From an uncultured delta proteobacterium (GTDB lineage Bacteria; Myxococcota; Myxococcia; Myxococcales; Anaeromyxobacteraceae), in NCBI GenBank assembly GCA_963845515.1, contig CAWJSR010000003.1:32001-96000 (forward strand): a DNA stretch of 64,000 bases, written 5' to 3'. Both the position numbers and the translations under genes were made by a program. Position 1 is the first letter of the stretch, and every line of letters begins with the position of its first letter. The notes under the pieces are model-generated. The model was not told the origin of the DNA. It worked only from the letters and a program-made list of their open reading frames with translations, and ran no database searches. This document shows positions 23,556 through 34,171 of the stretch, piece after piece.

Positions 23556-24585
23556 ATGACGATCGAACGGCGACCGCTGGGGCGCAGCGGGCTCAAGGTG
23601 ACGAGGTTCTCGCTCGGCGCGATGACCTTCGGCGAGTCCAGGGGCTTCATGAAGGGGGTCACCTCCGAGGACGCTCGAGGCACGCCGCGTCTTCGATCGC
23701 GCGCTCGACGCGGGGATCGACACGATCGACACCGCGAACGTCTACTCCGAGGGGCGCTCGGAGGAGCTGCTCGGCGAGTGGCTGAAGGGGAGGCGCGAGC
23801 GCGTCGTGCTGGCCACCAAGTGCCGGTTCGCGACCGAAGGGCTGGCCGCCTCGGCCGGTCCACACGACCAGGGGCTCTCGCGCAAGGCGATCCTCTCGGC
23901 GTGCGAGGCGTCGCTGCGCCGCCTCAAGACCGACTACATCGATCTGTACCAGGTCCACATGCAGGACGGCTCGGTCCCGATCGAGGAGACGCTCTCCGCG
24001 CTCGACGACCTCGTCCGGCAGGGGAAGGTCCGGTACACCGGCTGCTCCAACTTCACGGGCTACCGGCTGGTCGAGTCGCTCTGGGCGGCGGACCGCAAGC
24101 GGCTCGAGCCCTTCTCCTCGATCCAGCTCCAGTGGTCGCTGGCTTACCGCGACTGCGAGCGCGAGCTGATCCCCGCGGCGCGCACCTTCGGCCTCGGCGT
24201 CCTCGTCTGGAGCCCGCTCGCGCGGGGCTTCCTCACGGGCAAGTACGTCCGCGGCCAGCCGGCGCCGAAGGGGGCGCGGCTCGAGTCATGGACCGACACC
24301 TACAAGGCGATCGACACGCTCAAGAACTGGGCGACGCTCGCGAAGGTGCGGGAGCTGGCCGAGACGCACGAGACGACCCCCGCGGCGGTCTCCCTCGCGT
24401 GGCTGCTAACGAAGCCCGAGGTGACCTCGATCCTGGTCGGAGCCCGGAGCGTCGCGCAGATCGACGAGAACCTCGCGGCGCTGGAGGTGAAGCTCACGCC
24501 CGAGGAGCTCGCAGCGCTCGACGCCGTCTCGGTGCCGGACTGGGGTTATCCGTACGAGTTCATCGGCCGACGGGAGGCGTGGTAG
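23556..24585 (+). CDS. Aldo/keto reductase (apparent frameshift near 23680)
   Basis: LGRSGLKV, LGAMTFG, DTANVYS, SLRRLKTDYIDLYQVH, WSPLARGFLTGKY. Confidence 0.9.
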
Positions 24586-24827
24586 CCGGACCTTCGCGGC
24601 CGGCGCCGTCGACCGCGCCACACGCTAGCGCGCCGGGTTGACCAGGGTGCTAGCTGGCGCTGGCGGCCTGGGAGGAGTACGAGCTCAGCGGCGCCTCGGT
24701 GAGCGCCGCCGCGCGGCAAGACGGTCACGCTGAGGGAGTGCCTGCTCGACGCCGGCGCCCGCGAATCCCTGGTCCTCTACTGGGTCCCGCCGGAGCCGTC
24801 CGAGCCGATCGTGCTCCTCAACCTCCG

Positions 24828-24865
24828 GATCGGCGGACAGAACCGCTTCCGTTGGAGGCGCTGAG
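24828..24865 (+). repeat. 38-bp direct repeat, left copy (attL-like)
   Basis: GATCGGCGGACAGAACCGCTTCCGTTGGAGGCGCTGAG, identical to 35989-36026. Confidence 0.92.
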
Positions 24866-25080
24866 GGCACCCGTGACCACGTCCATGAGAGTGGGACGCG
24901 CTTCGCCTTGACGGGTCGTGCGCGTCCTGTTAGCGGTCACGACTTCACGCCGAGAGTAAGTCCATGCGTCGCAAGGGGGCCGCCATGGGTGAAGTCCGGT
25001 CGAACGAGGCGCCTGGATCAGCGCACGCTGGACCAGTGCACGAGCCGCGGCGGTGCGGGCGCGCTCGGCAAGGAGATCGG

Positions 25081-28000
25081 ATGGCTCGAATCACGTACTG
25101 GCTGGCAGCCCGGGTCGTTCCGGCTGCATTGCTCGCCCTCGCAGCGCCGGTGAGCGCCGGGACGCTATGCAACTCTGGATACTACACACGCAAGTGGTTT
25201 GGAGCAGGTGATGCCTGCTCCGACGTGAATCGTCCCGACATCCACACATGCCTGCTCAGGCAGGACTTCAATTGCGGGGATCAAACAGCGATCTTTGGCC
25301 CGATCTGCGCCGTCAAGGTGGGAGATACAGCGCAGTGTTGGGTTGCAGCGACGTGCGACGAGTACGCTGGACCAGACGGCTGGGAGTGCCAGATCACCGA
25401 TACCTCGTCGCAGTGTGCCCAGTTGGGCTCGAGCGAGACCTGCAACGGCAGCGACGACGACCAGGACGGTTGTGCAGACGAGGGCTGCCAGCTCACGTAC
25501 TACGGTGACTCCTCCTGCACCTGCACCGCGAGCGCCCTGCCCCGTCGTGCAACCCGCCGGCGATGGCGAATTGCTCGCCGAGGAATGCCCTGAACGAGAT
25601 CTGCGGCGACGGCAAGGACGACGACTGCGACGGCCAGGTCGACGAGGACTGCCGCGCTTCAAAGGAATCGGGGCCCACACCATGCTGCGGCTGCGTCGTC
25701 GGGTCGGACCCGATCCTGCTGACGAACCGCGCCGCGGTGACCACGCCCTTCGCCGACTTCGCGGTGAGCGTCGTCTCGCGCCTGTCGCTGACGCGCACCT
25801 GGAACAGCCTCGACGCGGCTTACTTCGGCGGGCCTGTGGGTCAGCTCGGGAGCGGGTGGCACCACGAGTGGGAGGCGACGCTCACGTGCTCGGGGACCTC
25901 CTGCACGGTCGCGCGCGGGGCGAGCGAGGGGCTCCGGTTCGAGCGGGCGGAGACGGCGACGTCGCTCGACGGGCTCGAGACGTGGCAGCTCTACCGCCCG
26001 GCGGCCGGCGACGTGACGGAGGCGCGGCGGCACCTGCTCGCGCAGCGTCCGGGCGGCGCATGGATCGTCTTCATGGCGGATGGCAGCTCGCTCCACTTCG
26101 CGACGGCCTGCGACGCCTGTGGCGCGCCCGATGAGTTCTGCACCGCGCCGGAGCTGGGCGGGAAGGCCCGGCTCGTGAAGGTGACGGATGCGCAGGGGAA
26201 CGGGATCCTCCTGAGCCGGGCAGTGGGGACGGGGATCCTGCTGGGGCTCGCGGACGACCTTGGCCACACGCTGGAGCTGCGCTCGGCGACGGCGTGTGCT
26301 GACGGGCTGGCGCGGGAGCTGGTCTACGACGGCGTGCGTGTCGCGACCTACGAGTACGAGGGCGTGGATCTCGTGCGCGTGACGGACGCGGACGGCGCGG
26401 TCCTGCGGGCCTATTGGTACGATTCCGGCGGCCTCGGCCTGCTCAGGGGGATCCAGGACGAGGCGGGGCTCCCCATCGTGGAGTTCGCCTACGACGGCAA
26501 CGGCGACGCGATAGGGATCGTGGACGAGACGACTACGGCGACGGTGGACTACTCCGCCGCCGGGGTGGCCACCGTCTCTGAGTCCTACGGCGGCGGACTG
26601 GCGTCGAGCGGGACGCGCGTCTTCGACGCGTCGGGCAACCTTGCGTCGATTTCGGAGGGCTGCTCCTGCGGCGGCATCCGGACGTTCACCTACCAGGGGA
26701 AGGACCTCCAGTGCGCCACGGATGCGGCGGGGGACTATACGTTCTACGGGCGCGACGCCTTGGGGCGTGTGACGAGGAGGGCGCGGTACCCCTCGACCGT
26801 CGGCTATACCTGTCCGCCCCAGACAGACGCGCACCTCCAGACCTACGAGGATGAGTCCTTCTGGTTCGGCGTGACCAGGGAGATCGCGGCCGGCGTCTCG
26901 ATGTCGCTCGACATCCAGACGGCGAAGCTGCGCACGACAGGCTACCTCGACGAGTGGGTGGGCGAGCAGCGGGACTACTCGCCGGCACCGAACGAGATCG
27001 ATCCCGCGGGCTACGAGTGCGCGGAAGCGCCGCTGCCGGCGGGCGCCGTCATGTGCCGCCGGGTCGAGAACGGGGCGATCTACTCTTCGACCGGCGCGCG
27101 CTCGCTGGAGCGCCACGCGACGTTCTACTCCTACGACGGGCGCGGGCGCGTCACGAGGGTGATCGGCCCGGTCAACCTGGGCCAGTCTTCGGCGAGCGAC
27201 GTGGCGCCGGTGGAGGAGCGGAGCTACTGGCCCGACTCGGAGTCGCTCGCGCGGCGCGGCCGGCTGGCGGAGATCCGGCGGTACCCGTCACCCACGGCGG
27301 CGCCGCACGCGACGACGTTCGACTACGACATGTTCGGCCTCTACCAATCGTGGCAGCCGGACGGCTCCTTCACGACGTGGATGAAGGACGGGCGCGGGCG
27401 GGTGACGCACGTGCTGGAGAGCGACGGCCGGACGAGCGAGACCCGGTACCATGACGGCGAGAAGCCGCGGTTGCGGATCGGCGCGGACGGGACGGTGGAG
27501 CGGAAGACGTACGACGCGCGGGGGCGCGTGACGGCACAGGAGCGGCTCTCGGGAGACCCGGACCTGCTCGGGGCGAAGCGTGACCGTGCTGTGGGGCGAG
27601 TACCACCAGTACGACCCCGCCGGAAACCGGGTGCACAGCGAGCGGCGCGACGGGACCGGGGCGGTGGTCTGGAGGCAGGACCGGGAGTACGACGTGCAGC
27701 ACCGGCTGTTGAAGGAGAGCCATCCCGAGGTGGCGAACGCGTCGCGGCGGTGGGAGTACGGGCCGTCGGGGTTCCTGGACCGCGTGACGGACGAGGAAGG
27801 CCGGTCGACGAGCTTCCTGCCGGAGTACATCGGGCGGGTGAAGACGGTGACACGGGGCGGGGTCGACTCAGGTGGCGCGCCGGTGTCGCTGACGGTTGCG
27901 ACGTACGAGTACGAGACGTACTCGCACGCGCTCAAGTCGGTGAAGGACGCGAAGGGCAGCACGACGACGTACCGGACCGACGACTTCGGTCGGGTGCAGT

Positions 28001-29905
28001 GGGTGACGACGCCGAACGCGAAGGGGGGGAGCCTGACCTCGAAGTACGACGCCCGAGGGAACATGCTGCAGCGCAAGGATAACTACGTGACGGTGAGTTA
28101 CACTTGGGACGGCCTGGACCGGGTCCTGACGACGACGGCGCAGAACGCTCAGGACGGAACGTCCGTGGCATACGCCTTCACCTACGACGAGGACGGCGCG
28201 ATCGGCCGGTTGACGAGCGTGGTGGAGCCGGAGAGGACGGTGCGCTTCGAGTACGTCGAGGGTCGGCTCGCGACCGAGCGGGTGGAGGAGAGCGGGGTCG
28301 CGACGGCGCTGGTGACGGACTACCGGTACGACGCCGCGGGGCGTCGGAGCGAGCTGGTCTACCCGACGGGGCTGCGGCTAGCGTACGACCGCGACGCGGT
28401 GAGCGGTGAGGTGGTGGCGTTGAGGAACGCGGAAACGGGGGAGGTCTACGCGGGGAGCGTGGCACGGCTCGCGGGCGGGCCGATTGGGAACCTCGCGTTC
28501 GCAAACGGCTCGACGCTGGCGCAGGGGTACAACGCGCGGTGGGAGGCGACGAGCGTGGTGACAGGGCCTGTGAGCCTCGCGTACACGCCGACGCTTGCGG
28601 GTGACGTGGGCGGGATCGTCGAAAACGGGACGCCGCTGCACTTCACGTACGACTTCCTGGACAGGCTGACGGAGATGACGGGCGGAGACGGGGAGGGCTT
28701 CCGGCACCTGTACGCGACGAATCAGTACTATCCGTACGAGACGTACGACCGGATCTCCAGGACCGACGCGAACACCGGGAGCGGCTACGTGGCGAGGTAC
28801 GCCTACGTCTATGACTACCAGACGAACGTGTCCGGGATCGCGAGGTACGACGCGGCCGGGACGAGGATTGTGGCGGCGGTGTGCCTGCGCCACGATCCGC
28901 TGGGACGGTTGGTGACGGTGGGGACCGCGAGTCCGGGCTACATCGCCCCGGACGGCGTGGCTTGCCAGCGGGACTCACCGTACGTGACGGCGGTGACGGA
29001 CAGGATCAAGTACGACTTCCGAAATCGCCGGGTCGCGACGCTGGAAGGTGGCGACCGGCGAGTGGGTCCATACGGTCTTCGACCAGGCCGGCCAGCCGCT
29101 GGCTGAGATCGCGAGGACGACAGACCCGGCGAACCCCTGGCGGCCGGTGCGGGAGTACGTGTGGCTGGACGGGAAGCCGGTCGCGCAGATCGAGCGGGAC
29201 GCGGTGACCGGGGCGTCGAGGACGTACGCGGTGCACGTGGACGCGATCGGCCTGCCGCGGGCGCTGACGAGCCCCACCGGCGTGACGGTTTGGAGCGCGA
29301 CGCCGGCGCGGCCGTACGGGGACATCACGGAGGCGACCGTCCCGGACCCGGAGACGGGGAAGACGGTCGTGACGAACCTCCGGCTGCCGGGGCAGTACGA
29401 CGAGAGGTTGCTGGCGAGCGTCGGGGTGCAGGGGCCGTACTACAACTGGAACCGGTGGTACTTGCCCTCCGTGGGGAGGTATCTGGAGTTGGATCCGATC
29501 GCGAAGGCGGGTGGGTTCAACGGGTTCTACGGGCCGAACTGGTACGGGTATGCGGAGGGGAATCCGTTGAGGTGGACGGACCCGCTTGGCTTGTTTCCGA
29601 GTCCAGGAAAAGCCAAGGTCATCGGCGAGTTGGAGGGGTTCATATTTGACTGGATTCTCAAGGATTTCACCTTCGACATTTCTGTCGGTGGGCTCCTGGG
29701 CGCAGTCTGCGCAACCGAGTACTGCAAACTCAAAATGGATCCGACCGCAGGTATCAGCAAGGAAGAGGACATGTGCTTGCGTCTGCTTGGGCGATTTGAA
29801 CTTGAGTCTCCTGAATCCGGCACACTCCTGTCGTCGTGTGCCCGGACTTGCGGGAAGATTGCCTCGTCGCGGGAGTGGAGGTCCAAGTGTCTCACGTGCA
29901 AGTAG
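25081..29905 (+). CDS. RHS/YD-repeat protein with signal peptide, Cys-rich N-terminus and variable C-terminal tip (frameshifts near 25550, 27575, 29045)
   Basis: ORFs 24964, 25563, 27580 and 29048 join; EICGDGKDDDCDGQVDE, GSGWHH, many YD..GR repeats, NLRLPGQY, YYNWNRWY, ELDPI, NPLRWTDPLG. Confidence 0.88.
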
Positions 29906-30690
29906 CGGGTTCCGCTCGCCTCCTGGGCATCGCTGCGGTCCTGCAGTTGGGTATGGGGTGCGCTGTCGGACGAAATTGCGATTGGACGTGTGGCGCCGAC
30001 GCCTATATCGAGGCGGAACGCGATGCTGCGGAGTCTATGGGGGCGCCCGAGCGCATTGACCGAGCGTGGATGGCTCGTCGAGCTGCTGAGATGGCGCTCC
30101 TTGCGACATGCGTGCCCCCGGTCGCCACGGTTACTGCAAGCGTCTCGGGGGGGGGCGTGTCCGAGCAGCAGCGGGGGGTTGTCGTTGCGGACGTCAGAGG
30201 CTACGACGCGCCAGCGCTCCTGTCGGCCTTGCTAGCCAGTTACCCAGGTGAGCATGATGCGATGGCCAGAATTCGGATTCTCCGTGTATTGAGACTGGCG
30301 AAGGAGTCGTCTTTCGACAAGATCGCCGCCTTCGAGTTCGACGTCCTGCGAAGGGAAGCGGAGCCAAGCGTGATGGCGGCTGCGATGAACGTTGTTCGGC
30401 GCCTCGGCACTGACATGGCCCCAGCGTTCCTTGCAGAGTACATGTCGCGGGGGCCACGGTGGGTCCTTGTCGCGGCATACGGTGTCGCCAAAGCGATGGG
30501 AATCGCCGAAGCAGTGCGCGCGGAACTCACTCGTCGTGGGGCTAGCGATGCCCTTGATGTCATCGTGCAGTGGGAGAAGACGGGCGAGACGCCCTGGGAC
30601 CCTGCAAAGCCGGAGGCCACCGAGCCGTCGAAGTAGCTCACGTCCTCGTGGCCCGGCTTCAAGGCGAAGGCCCGAAGGCCCCGCCCGAAG
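29748..30690 (+). repeat. ~943-bp near-identical duplication, copy 1 (RHS tip, lipoprotein gene, element end)
   Basis: Matches 32221-33163; one synonymous difference noticed (CCG/CCA). Confidence 0.95.
29896..30636 (+). CDS. Putative lipoprotein, candidate RHS immunity protein (copy 1)
   Basis: GTG overlaps the RHS 3' end; lipobox-like LGMGC; helical HEAT-like C-half; lower GC. Confidence 0.6.
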   Translation: MQVAGSARLLGIAAVLQLGMGCAVGRNCDWTCGADAYIEAERDAAESMGAPERIDRAWMARRAAEMALLATCVPPVATVTASVSGGGVSEQQRGVVVADVRGYDAPALLSALLASYPGEHDAMARIRILRVLRLAKESSFDKIAAFEFDVLRREAEPSVMAAAMNVVRRLGTDMAPAFLAEYMSRGPRWVLVAAYGVAKAMGIAEAVRAELTRRGASDALDVIVQWEKTGETPWDPAKPEATEPSK

Positions 30691-30949
30691 GGGACCTCTG
30701 AGGGAAGGTGACTCCCGGGCACCGAGAAGCCGAGCGATGCACGTACGGATGAGGCAAACAACCCTGACGGGCGCCAATCGAACGAGATGAGCGAGCCGAA
30801 CCGCCAGATCACGACGCTCACGGGCAGCCGAAACGCGGCGCCGCCGATGCGGAGGCGTGGCTGGTCGCACGGCGTCTCGTCTCGGACGCGGCCAAGGGTA
30901 GGTGGGGGCGAAGGGGAAGGGAAGCTAGCCCGCGCCAGCGACGGCTGCG
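30677..30949 (-). repeat. 273-bp transposase-element 3' end unit, copy 1 (non-coding tail plus last 8 codons)
   Basis: Similar to 30951-31223 and 33186-33458; starts GGCCCCGCCCGAAGGGGACC. Confidence 0.9.
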
Positions 30950-30950
30950 A

Positions 30951-32216
30951 GGCCCCGCCCGAAGGGGACCTCTGACGGAAGGTGACTCCCGGGTGCCGAG
31001 AAACTGAGCGATGCACGCAAGGATGAGGCAAACAACCCTGACGGGCGCCAATCGAACGAGATGAGCGAGCCGAACCGCCAGATCACGACGCTCACGGGCA
31101 GCCGCAACGCGGCAATGCCGACGTGGAGGCGTGCGTGGTCGCGCGGCGTCTCGTCTCGGACGCCGCCAGGGGTGGGTGGGGTCGAAGGGGAAGGGAACCT
31201 AGCCCGCGCCCGCGACGGCTGCGCCGTGCAGGACGCGCATCTGCCAGGTCCCCGGCGGGAAGAGGACGTCGCGCATCCCGCTGCGCCAGGCGGTCGAGCG
31301 CCTGGCGGTAGGCGTCCCTGAACTCCACGAGCCGCTGCAGCGCCTCGATGCGCTTCCCATTGTTGCGGCACGCGAGGTGAGGGCTGAGTACGCGGCGTGG
31401 CTCGCCGGGAGCGGGGCTGGCGAAGAAGCTCTGGGCGCGGACCGCGGTGGCGCCCATGAAGGAGCGTCCCTCCTCGGCCAGCTTCGCCGCCTCGGACTCC
31501 TCGGCCTCGCGGAGCGACTCGAGGAGCCGCTCGACGAAGCCAGGATCGTTCTCGAATCCGGGAGGAGGGGTGAGCTGGAGCTCGACGGAGGCAGGCATGT
31601 CCCCCTCCTCGTCGAAGAATCCCATCGGTCGCTGGATGGTGACGGGCCCGGCTCCGATGAGGCTGGGGTCGGACCAGTGCCCTGGCCATTGGGAGGCGCG
31701 GCGCACGAGGCCGGCGGCGACCGGATTCGCCAGGACGTAGACGAGCTTGTCGTAGACGTCTGCGGAGCCTACGAGCGCGACGGCGCTGTAGCTGGTGCGT
31801 TCCCAGAAGCCGTCCCAGCGCCCCAGGGCTGCATTGGTGGCCTTGGCGAGGAGCGAGTTGAGGTCCCGCTGGAAGTCGGGAAGCCTGCCGAAGGGGTCGG
31901 TGAGCAGCAGGTGGTAATGATTCGAGAGGACGCAGTAGGCGTGGAGCAGGATCCCGTAACGCTTGGCCGTAAGCGCGAGCGCGTACAGGAAGATCGCCGC
32001 GGTGCGCGCGGAGGGCTTCAGGAAGAAGCGACGCTCCGAGCAGCGGCGCGTGACGAGGTGCGTGGTTCCCCTGATGACTTGTCGGACGGGAGTCACGCCG
32101 CCAGGCATGAGCAGGTGGCGTGCCTGGCCGGACCTCCCGGAATCATTGAGACCGGGCGTTGCCGATCCGTTCGCGGCACGAGCCACGGTTCGCGGAACGG
32201 TCCTCTCGGGCGGGGC
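30951..32216 (-). mobile_element. RAYT-like HUH transposase element with imperfect terminal inverted repeats
   Basis: Left end GCCCCGCCCGAAGGGGACC; right end GGTCCTCTCGGGCGGGGC (32199-32216). Confidence 0.75.
31199..32108 (-). CDS. REP-associated tyrosine transposase-like (Y1 HUH) protein; frameshift near 31280
   Basis: HLVTRRC, AYCVLSNHYH (HUH), FWER, YVLANPVAAGLV..WPG; true C-terminus AAVAGAG* shown by the second copy. Confidence 0.85.
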
Positions 32217-32220
32217 GCCC

Positions 32221-33163
32221 CAGGTATCAGCAAGGAAGAGGACATGTGCTTGCGTCTGCTTGGGCGATTTGAACTTGAGTCTCCTGAATCCGGCACACTC
32301 CTGTCGTCGTGTGCCCGGACTTGCGGGAAGATTGCCTCGTCGCGGGAGTGGAGGTCCAAGTGTCTCACGTGCAAGTAGCGGGTTCCGCTCGCCTCCTGGG
32401 CATCGCTGCGGTCCTGCAGTTGGGTATGGGGTGCGCTGTCGGACGAAATTGCGATTGGACGTGTGGCGCCGACGCCTATATCGAGGCGGAACGCGATGCT
32501 GCGGAGTCTATGGGGGCGCCCGAGCGCATTGACCGAGCGTGGATGGCTCGTCGAGCTGCTGAGATGGCGCTCCTTGCGACATGCGTGCCCCCGGTCGCCA
32601 CGGTTACTGCAAGCGTCTCGGGGGGGGGCGTGTCCGAGCAGCAGCGGGGGGTTGTCGTTGCGGACGTCAGAGGCTACGACGCGCCAGCGCTCCTGTCGGC
32701 CTTGCTAGCCAGTTACCCAGGTGAGCATGATGCGATGGCCAGAATTCGGATTCTCCGTGTATTGAGACTGGCGAAGGAGTCGTCTTTCGACAAGATCGCC
32801 GCCTTCGAGTTCGACGTCCTGCGAAGGGAAGCGGAGCCAAGCGTGATGGCGGCTGCGATGAACGTTGTTCGGCGCCTCGGCACTGACATGGCCCCAGCGT
32901 TCCTTGCAGAGTACATGTCGCGGGGGCCACGGTGGGTCCTTGTCGCGGCATACGGTGTCGCCAAAGCGATGGGAATCGCCGAAGCAGTGCGCGCGGAACT
33001 CACTCGTCGTGGGGCTAGCGATGCCCTTGATGTCATCGTGCAGTGGGAGAAGACGGGCGAGACGCCCTGGGACCCTGCAAAGCCAGAGGCCACCGAGCCG
33101 TCGAAGTAGCTCACGTCCTCGTGGCCCGGCTTCAAGGCGAAGGCCCGAAGGCCCCGCCCGAAG
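32221..33163 (+). repeat. ~943-bp duplication, copy 2 (orphan RHS tip fragment plus lipoprotein gene)
   Basis: Matches 29748-30690; begins 4 nt after the element's right inverted repeat. Confidence 0.95.
32369..33109 (+). CDS. Putative lipoprotein, candidate RHS immunity protein (copy 2)
   Basis: Protein identical to copy 1 in the ORF track. Confidence 0.6.
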   Translation: MQVAGSARLLGIAAVLQLGMGCAVGRNCDWTCGADAYIEAERDAAESMGAPERIDRAWMARRAAEMALLATCVPPVATVTASVSGGGVSEQQRGVVVADVRGYDAPALLSALLASYPGEHDAMARIRILRVLRLAKESSFDKIAAFEFDVLRREAEPSVMAAAMNVVRRLGTDMAPAFLAEYMSRGPRWVLVAAYGVAKAMGIAEAVRAELTRRGASDALDVIVQWEKTGETPWDPAKPEATEPSK

Positions 33164-33200
33164 AGAAGGCCCCGCCCGAAGAGAAGGCCCCGCCCGAAGG
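33147..33200 (+). repeat. Three tandem 18-bp REP-like units
   Basis: GAAGGCCCCGCCCGAAGA x2 then GAAGGCCCCGCCCGAAGG. Confidence 0.9.
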
Positions 33201-33458
33201 GGATCTCTGACGGAAGGTGACTCCCGGTTGCCGAGAAGCTGAGCGATCCACGCAAGGATGAGGCAAACAGCCCTGACGGGCGCCAATCGAACGAGATGAG
33301 CGAGCCGAACCGCCAGATCACGACGCTCACGGGCAGCCGAAACGCGGCGCCGCCGATGCGGAGGCGTGGCTGGTCGCACGGCGTCTCGTCTCGGACGCCG
33401 CCAGGGGTGGGTGGGGTCGAAGGAGATGGGAACCTAGCCCGCGCCCGCGACAGCTGCG
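33186..33458 (-). repeat. 273-bp transposase-element 3' end unit, copy 3
   Basis: Diverged copy of 30677-30949 and 30951-31223. Confidence 0.9.
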
Positions 33459-34050
33459 CCGTGCAGGACGCGCATCTGCCAGGTCCCCGGCGGGAAGAGG
33501 ACGTCGCGCATCCCTCTGCGCCAGGCGGTGAGCGCTTGGCGGTAGGCGTCCCTGAACTCCACAAGCAGCTGCAGCGCCTCGATGCGCTTCCCATTGTTGC
33601 GGCACGCGAGGTGAGGGCTGAGTACGCGGCGTGGCTCTCCGGGAGCGGGGCTGGCGAAGAAGCTCTGGGCGCGGACCGCGGTGGCGCCCATGAAGGAGCG
33701 TCCCTGTTCGGCCAGCTTCGCTGCCTCGGCCTCCTCGGCCTCGCGGAGCGACTCGAGGAGCCGCTCGACGAAGCCAGGATCCTTCTCGAATCCCGGAGGA
33801 GGGGTGAGCTGGAGCTCGACGGAGGCAGGCATGTCACCTTCCTCGTCGAAGAAGCCCATCGGTCGCTGGATGGTGACTGGCCCGGCTCCGATGAGGCTGG
33901 GGTCGGACCAGTGCCCTGGCCATTGGGAGGCGCGGCGCACGAGGCCGGCGGCCAGCGCCCGAGGGCTGCATTGGTGGCCTTGGCGATGAGCGAGTTGAGG
34001 TCCCGCTGGAAGTCGGGAAGCCTGCCGAAGGGGTCGGTGAGCAGGTGGTA
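33434..34050 (-). pseudogene. 5'-truncated, internally deleted RAYT-like transposase
   Basis: Homology stops within the HUH motif near 34050; about 100 nt with the catalytic Y..NP region missing near 33950. Confidence 0.85.
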
Positions 34051-34171
34051 GTCAGGATGGAACGGCCGGCTCCGGTTCGCAGACCGTGGATTACGCTGCC
34101 GCCCCAAGTCGGGGAGCCTGCCGCACGGGTCGCGTCATGAGCTGGGATTCGCGCAACGCGGGGAGAGATCC

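Noticed and set aside
24828..24865. 38-bp repeat as a tRNA or tmRNA 3' end
   Set aside because: No T-arm GTTCRA or CCA-end pattern; it reads as the end of a small CDS.
24908..24936. Sigma-70 promoter for the RHS gene (TTGACG-N17-TAGCGG)
   Set aside because: The -10 element lacks the conserved final T; too weak to call without TSS data.
30677..33458. Repeat cluster as a CRISPR array
   Set aside because: Units are 273 bp or tandem 18-mers with no unique spacers, and there are no cas genes.
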